A DNA stretch of 64,000 bases from Rhynchobatus australiae (Eukaryota). This document shows, piece after piece, positions 60,365-64,000 of this stretch. Made by a program: the position numbers and the translations under genes. The stretch is taken from the NCBI GenBank assembly GCA_034780895.1, contig JAUZTB010000057.1, positions 8,846,021 through 8,910,020 of the forward strand, given 5' to 3'. Each line of letters starts with the position of its first letter. Position 1 is the stretch's first letter. The notes beneath the pieces were generated by a model, which saw only the letters and a program-made list of their open reading frames with translations, did no database searches and was not told the DNA's origin.

Positions 60365-60845
60365 CGTTTTTGGCTCTCTCCTCCTGATCCACACAGTTCC
60401 TTCTGCATATACCTAGTCCCCACAACCCCCAATCTGTTTCTCCACCTGTCCATCATCCCCAGGCTGAGGCCACTCCCCCCACTGTTCCCCTCTGCCTTCC
60501 CCACCTCCCTTATTTGGTTCCGTGCTCCACCTTCCTCTCCTATCAGATTCAATCATCTGCAGCCCTCTGTTGCCTCCACCTGTCACCTCCCAGCCTCTGT
60601 TGCTATTTCCACCCTTCCCTCCTCCATCTGCCTATCCCTTTCCTCACCTGGATCCACCTACTGTTTGCCAGCCCTTCCCTTCACCTTTTGAAACTGGCTA
60701 TCTCCCCTCTACTCTTTCAGACCAGATGGAGGGTCCCGACCCAAAGTGTTGACTGTCCATTTCCCTCCAGAGATGCTGTCTGATCCGCGGAGTTCCTCCA
60801 CATCTTTGTGTGTTGCTCCAGATTCCACCATCTGCACTCTCAAGT
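60365..60845 (+). mobile_element. Penelope-like pLTR with decayed hammerhead
   Basis: Pyrimidine-rich body, then cagaccagatggagggtcccgacccaaagtgttgactg...agagatgctgtctgatccgcggagttcctcca. Confidence 0.75.
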
Positions 60846-61144
60846 CTGCACTGACCAAAGAAATTTTCCACGTTCATCCTCTGGTTCCAAAGGAAACACT
60901 CCATTCCACAGACCTCAGACCTCCCGGATGTTCACTGCAACTCTGCCCCTGCTGAGGGCATCTGCATGGCCAACCAAAACTGGACCTCCGCACCCCAAAG
61001 TTCTAATATCCTTTAACTTCTCCCTCCACCCTGCTGCTAAATGTCAGCCATCAGTACGGTAATTGCTTCTGTGCTCTACTGGCTTTGAAACTGGTAAAAT
61101 TGAAGTCACATTTAGAATTGAACCAGTTCTAAAAGTCATGAAGT

Positions 61145-61298
61145 ATAATTTATGTTTAACTTATGTTTTCTTCTGAGTGTTGTTTATCTGATACTATGTG
61201 CCTGTGATGCTGCTGCAAGTAAGATTTCCATTGCACCTGTGCGCACATGTATATTTGCATATGCCAATAAACTCAACTTTGTCTTTGCCTTGACTTGT
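61145..61298 (+). mobile_element. Rex1-like LINE 3' UTR
   Basis: tgtgcctgtgatgctgctgcaagtaagatttccattgcacctgtg...caataaactc plus (cttga)-like tail. Confidence 0.55.
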
Positions 61299-61519
61299 TC
61301 ACTTCTTGTTACTTTCTGCAATGCTTTCTCCATCACAATTTGTTGAAAACGGTCTTGTCATTAAAAACAGCCCAGATTCATTGGGAGCAAGAACTCTGCA
61401 AGTGCCCAGGATCTACACTGTACCTTTAAAACTGAATTCACTTCTGGACTGTGAGACCTTTCCTCCTCTTGCCACATTTTTGCACATTAACATGACCATA
61501 ATTCTATTAGTTTTAATAT

Positions 61520-61760
61520 TAGTGATGGAAAAGGATGGGACAGGTTCACAGTTTGGGTCCTACACTGGAGCAGGGCTAGTTTTGGGGGAATTAGGCAGAA
61601 TCTAGCAGAGGTTGATTGGGTGAGCCTGTTTGAAGGGAAAGGGATGAATAGCAAGTGGGAGGCTTTTAAGATTGATATCAAGAGTCCAGGAGCAGCATGT
61701 TCCTATTAGGGTGAAGGGTAAACCTGGCAAGTTTAGGGAACCCTGGCTGACGAGAGATAT
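61520..61760 (+). mobile_element. CR1 endonuclease-RT linker fragment
   Basis: WSRASFGGIRQNLAEVDW.SLFEGKG..SKWEAF...RVQEQHVPIRVKGKPGKFREPWLTRD. Confidence 0.8.
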
Positions 61761-62689
61761 NNNNNNNNNNNNNNNNNNNNNNNNNNNNNNNNNNNNNNNN
61801 NNNNNNNNNNNNNNNNNNNNNNNNNNNNNNNNNNNNNNNNNNNNNNNNNNNNNNNNNNNNGTCGCTTCATAATTTCCAGACTCACGGCTGGTGTCTGCTG
61901 ATCTAGGATTTACTGGGTGACTCATGAGTGAAGGCAGGATGTCCCCCTTCTGATCCCACAACAAGATATACTGTCCAATCACAGGCAGTGCTGGATCATC
62001 TTCTGTCTCTCTGCTCCTCACCTCTAGGCTCCATCTAACTGCTTCCCCCAAATTTAGTTTACTTTCTTTTACATAAACTGCATATCAACATACAGATGAG
62101 TCACAGAGAATGAGCCTGGTGCCCAACAGGGACATTCATTCAGCAGAAAGGTGAATGGCAGATGTAGTGGATGTACTGGTTGTGAACATTCTGAATGAGT
62201 TCAGCTCTACCCTAGGAGTGCAGGCTGGTGGAATCTGCCTTCATTTACTTATGTGCCAAATGTGGTTGTTTTGAAAATTTGTGTGTGGAAGAAATGCTTT
62301 TGGGGAGCCATAGCCTGTTCTGCAGGTCTCCTATTTCGTATCTATTCACTCTCAGAGGAGCTGTACTGCACACACTGTTTCAATCTCAATTGCCACAGAA
62401 TTTCTAGACAGCAATTTTAAAAGATCACTACCCCCTCTAACCTATCATTACTGCAGTGCAACTTAGTTCAGAACAGTATGCAGCATTCTCTGAGCTCCCT
62501 TGTAATAGAGTAACCTCCCTTCATTCAAGTAACTGAACACCAGTCTAATGGAATAGGGTTGAGCAGTTTGATTTTTTTTTTACCTTTTTTTATTATAAGA
62601 TATGCCAAGTCTTCCAAGTTCAGTTTCCATGTCTTTTCTACACTTCCATTATCACTTGTATTTCCTGTGTTCTGCTTTTTACTTAAGAC

Positions 62690-63280
62690 AGGACCATGAA
62701 CAAAAGGATTAAAGTCCAACACAAAATGGTGGTTAACAAAATTGTGGAATTAAAGACGCAGGAACAGTAGGGATAGGAAACTGACTTAAAGACAGAAAAC
62801 TGAGTGGTGGGAAATGATTATTTTCAGACTGGAGGATGGTGGTGACATTCCCTGGCAGTCAGTGTTGGGACCACTGCTTTTTTTTGATACATATAAATGG
62901 CTTAGAAATGTGGGTGACATGAAGCTTGAGTGTGGTAGGCAGTGAAGAAAAAGTGAAGATTGCAAGGGTACTGGTGGAATGGGCAGAGGAACATGGAATG
63001 ATGCACTTTGGCAGTAAGAATATGGAGAGATAATGTAGGCTAAATGTCACATTTCTAAAGAGAGTGCAGGAACAGAGGGACTTAGGTTTTCATTCACATT
63101 AAATCCTTATAACTGGCAGGGCATACTGAGCATTTGGCATCCTGGATTTATAAATAGAAGCATGGATTTCAAAGGCAACAAAGTAATGTTAGAGAATCTG
63201 GGGTTGTTTCCGGAGACCAGAGAATGTTGAGAGCCGATTTGATAAGTGTGTACATGACAGTTTTAGATGGAGTTAATAGG
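62690..63280 (+). mobile_element. Old CR1 RT fragment
   Basis: gacagaaaactgagtgg...cagactggaggatgg...gtcagtgttgggaccactgctttt (SVLGPLLF). Confidence 0.7.
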
Positions 63281-64000
63281 ACATAGAACAGTACAGCACA
63301 GGAACAGGCCCTTTGGTCCACAATGTTGTGCCAGACTAAAGCTAGTATTTAGACCAAACTAAACTGGTCCCTTCTATCTACACAACGTCCATATCCCTCC
63401 ATTCCCTACACATTCATGTGCCTATCTAAGTCTTTTGAATGCCTCTATCATATTTGCCTCCACCACCACCCCTGGCAGCGCATCCCAGGCACCCACCACT
63501 CTGTTTTAAAAAAAAATTGCCCCGCACATCTCCTTTGAACTTACCCCCTCTCACCTTAGATGCATGCCTCTAGTATTAGATGTTTTGACCCTGGGAAAAA
63601 GATACCAGCTGTCTACTGTATCTATGCCTCATAATCTTATAAACATCTATCAGATCTCCCCTCAGCCCCAGCCGCTCCAGAGAAAACAACCCAAGTCTGT
63701 CCAACTTCTCCTTATAGCATGTGCTCCCTCAGCCTGGTAAATCTCTGTACCCTCTCCAAAGCCTCCACATCCTTCCTCAAATGGGGTGACCAGAATTGAA
63801 TGCAATACTCCAGATGTAGCCTAACCAGAGTTTTATGAAGCTGGAACGTAACTTCCTGACTCTTGAACTTGGTGCCTCAATTAATAAAGGCAGGCAAGCC
63901 ATACGCCTTCTTTACTACCCTATCAATGTGCAGGCACTTTCAGGTAGCTATGGATTTGGACCTCAAGATCCCTCTGAACATCAATGCTGTTAAGGGTCCT
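63281..64000 (-). mobile_element. Relatively young CR1 3' end, continuing beyond the window
   Basis: acatagaacagtacagcacaggaacaggccc tail; gaccagaattgaatgcaatactccagatgtagcctaacc is the reverse of LVRLHLEYCIQFWSP. Confidence 0.9.

Noticed and set aside
1-64000. CRISPR array, prokaryotic operon or endogenous virus
   Set aside because: No regularly spaced repeats, no long gap-free ORFs and no gag/pol/env or LTR pair seen.

Overview
Eukaryotic genomic DNA from a draft scaffold with many N gaps. The repeat content (HE1-like tRNA SINEs, CR1/HER1-like, Rex1 and L2 LINEs, SacSINE1-like Deu-domain SINEs, Penelope-like elements) points to a cartilaginous fish, possibly a ray (inference). The only host coding sequence I can support is one 93-bp minus-strand exon at 33151-33243, which is absent from the ORF track. 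It encodes [31 protein letters not shown], the start of RRM2 of Musashi-1 (MSI1, equivalent to mammalian exon 6), with canonical splice sites. The rest of the window appears to be two very large MSI1 introns (more than 30 kb each side) filled with decayed retroelements and repeat-free, enhancer-like islands. Best leads: (1) an RFX X-box/SOX-POU/CCAAT cluster at the start of intron 6, positioned like the RFX-dependent neural stem-cell enhancer of mouse Msi1, with a possible antisense first exon; (2) a pre-miRNA-shaped 22-bp hairpin at 53157-53209; (3) many Penelope-derived decayed hammerhead ribozyme cores and fold-back mini-elements; (4) a ~3.7-kb transposon-free island with several OTX/CRX-type TAATCC motifs. 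I found no prokaryotic-type system or CRISPR array. Repeat boundaries are by eye and approximate (tens of bp); family names come from recalled consensus sequences, not database searches.
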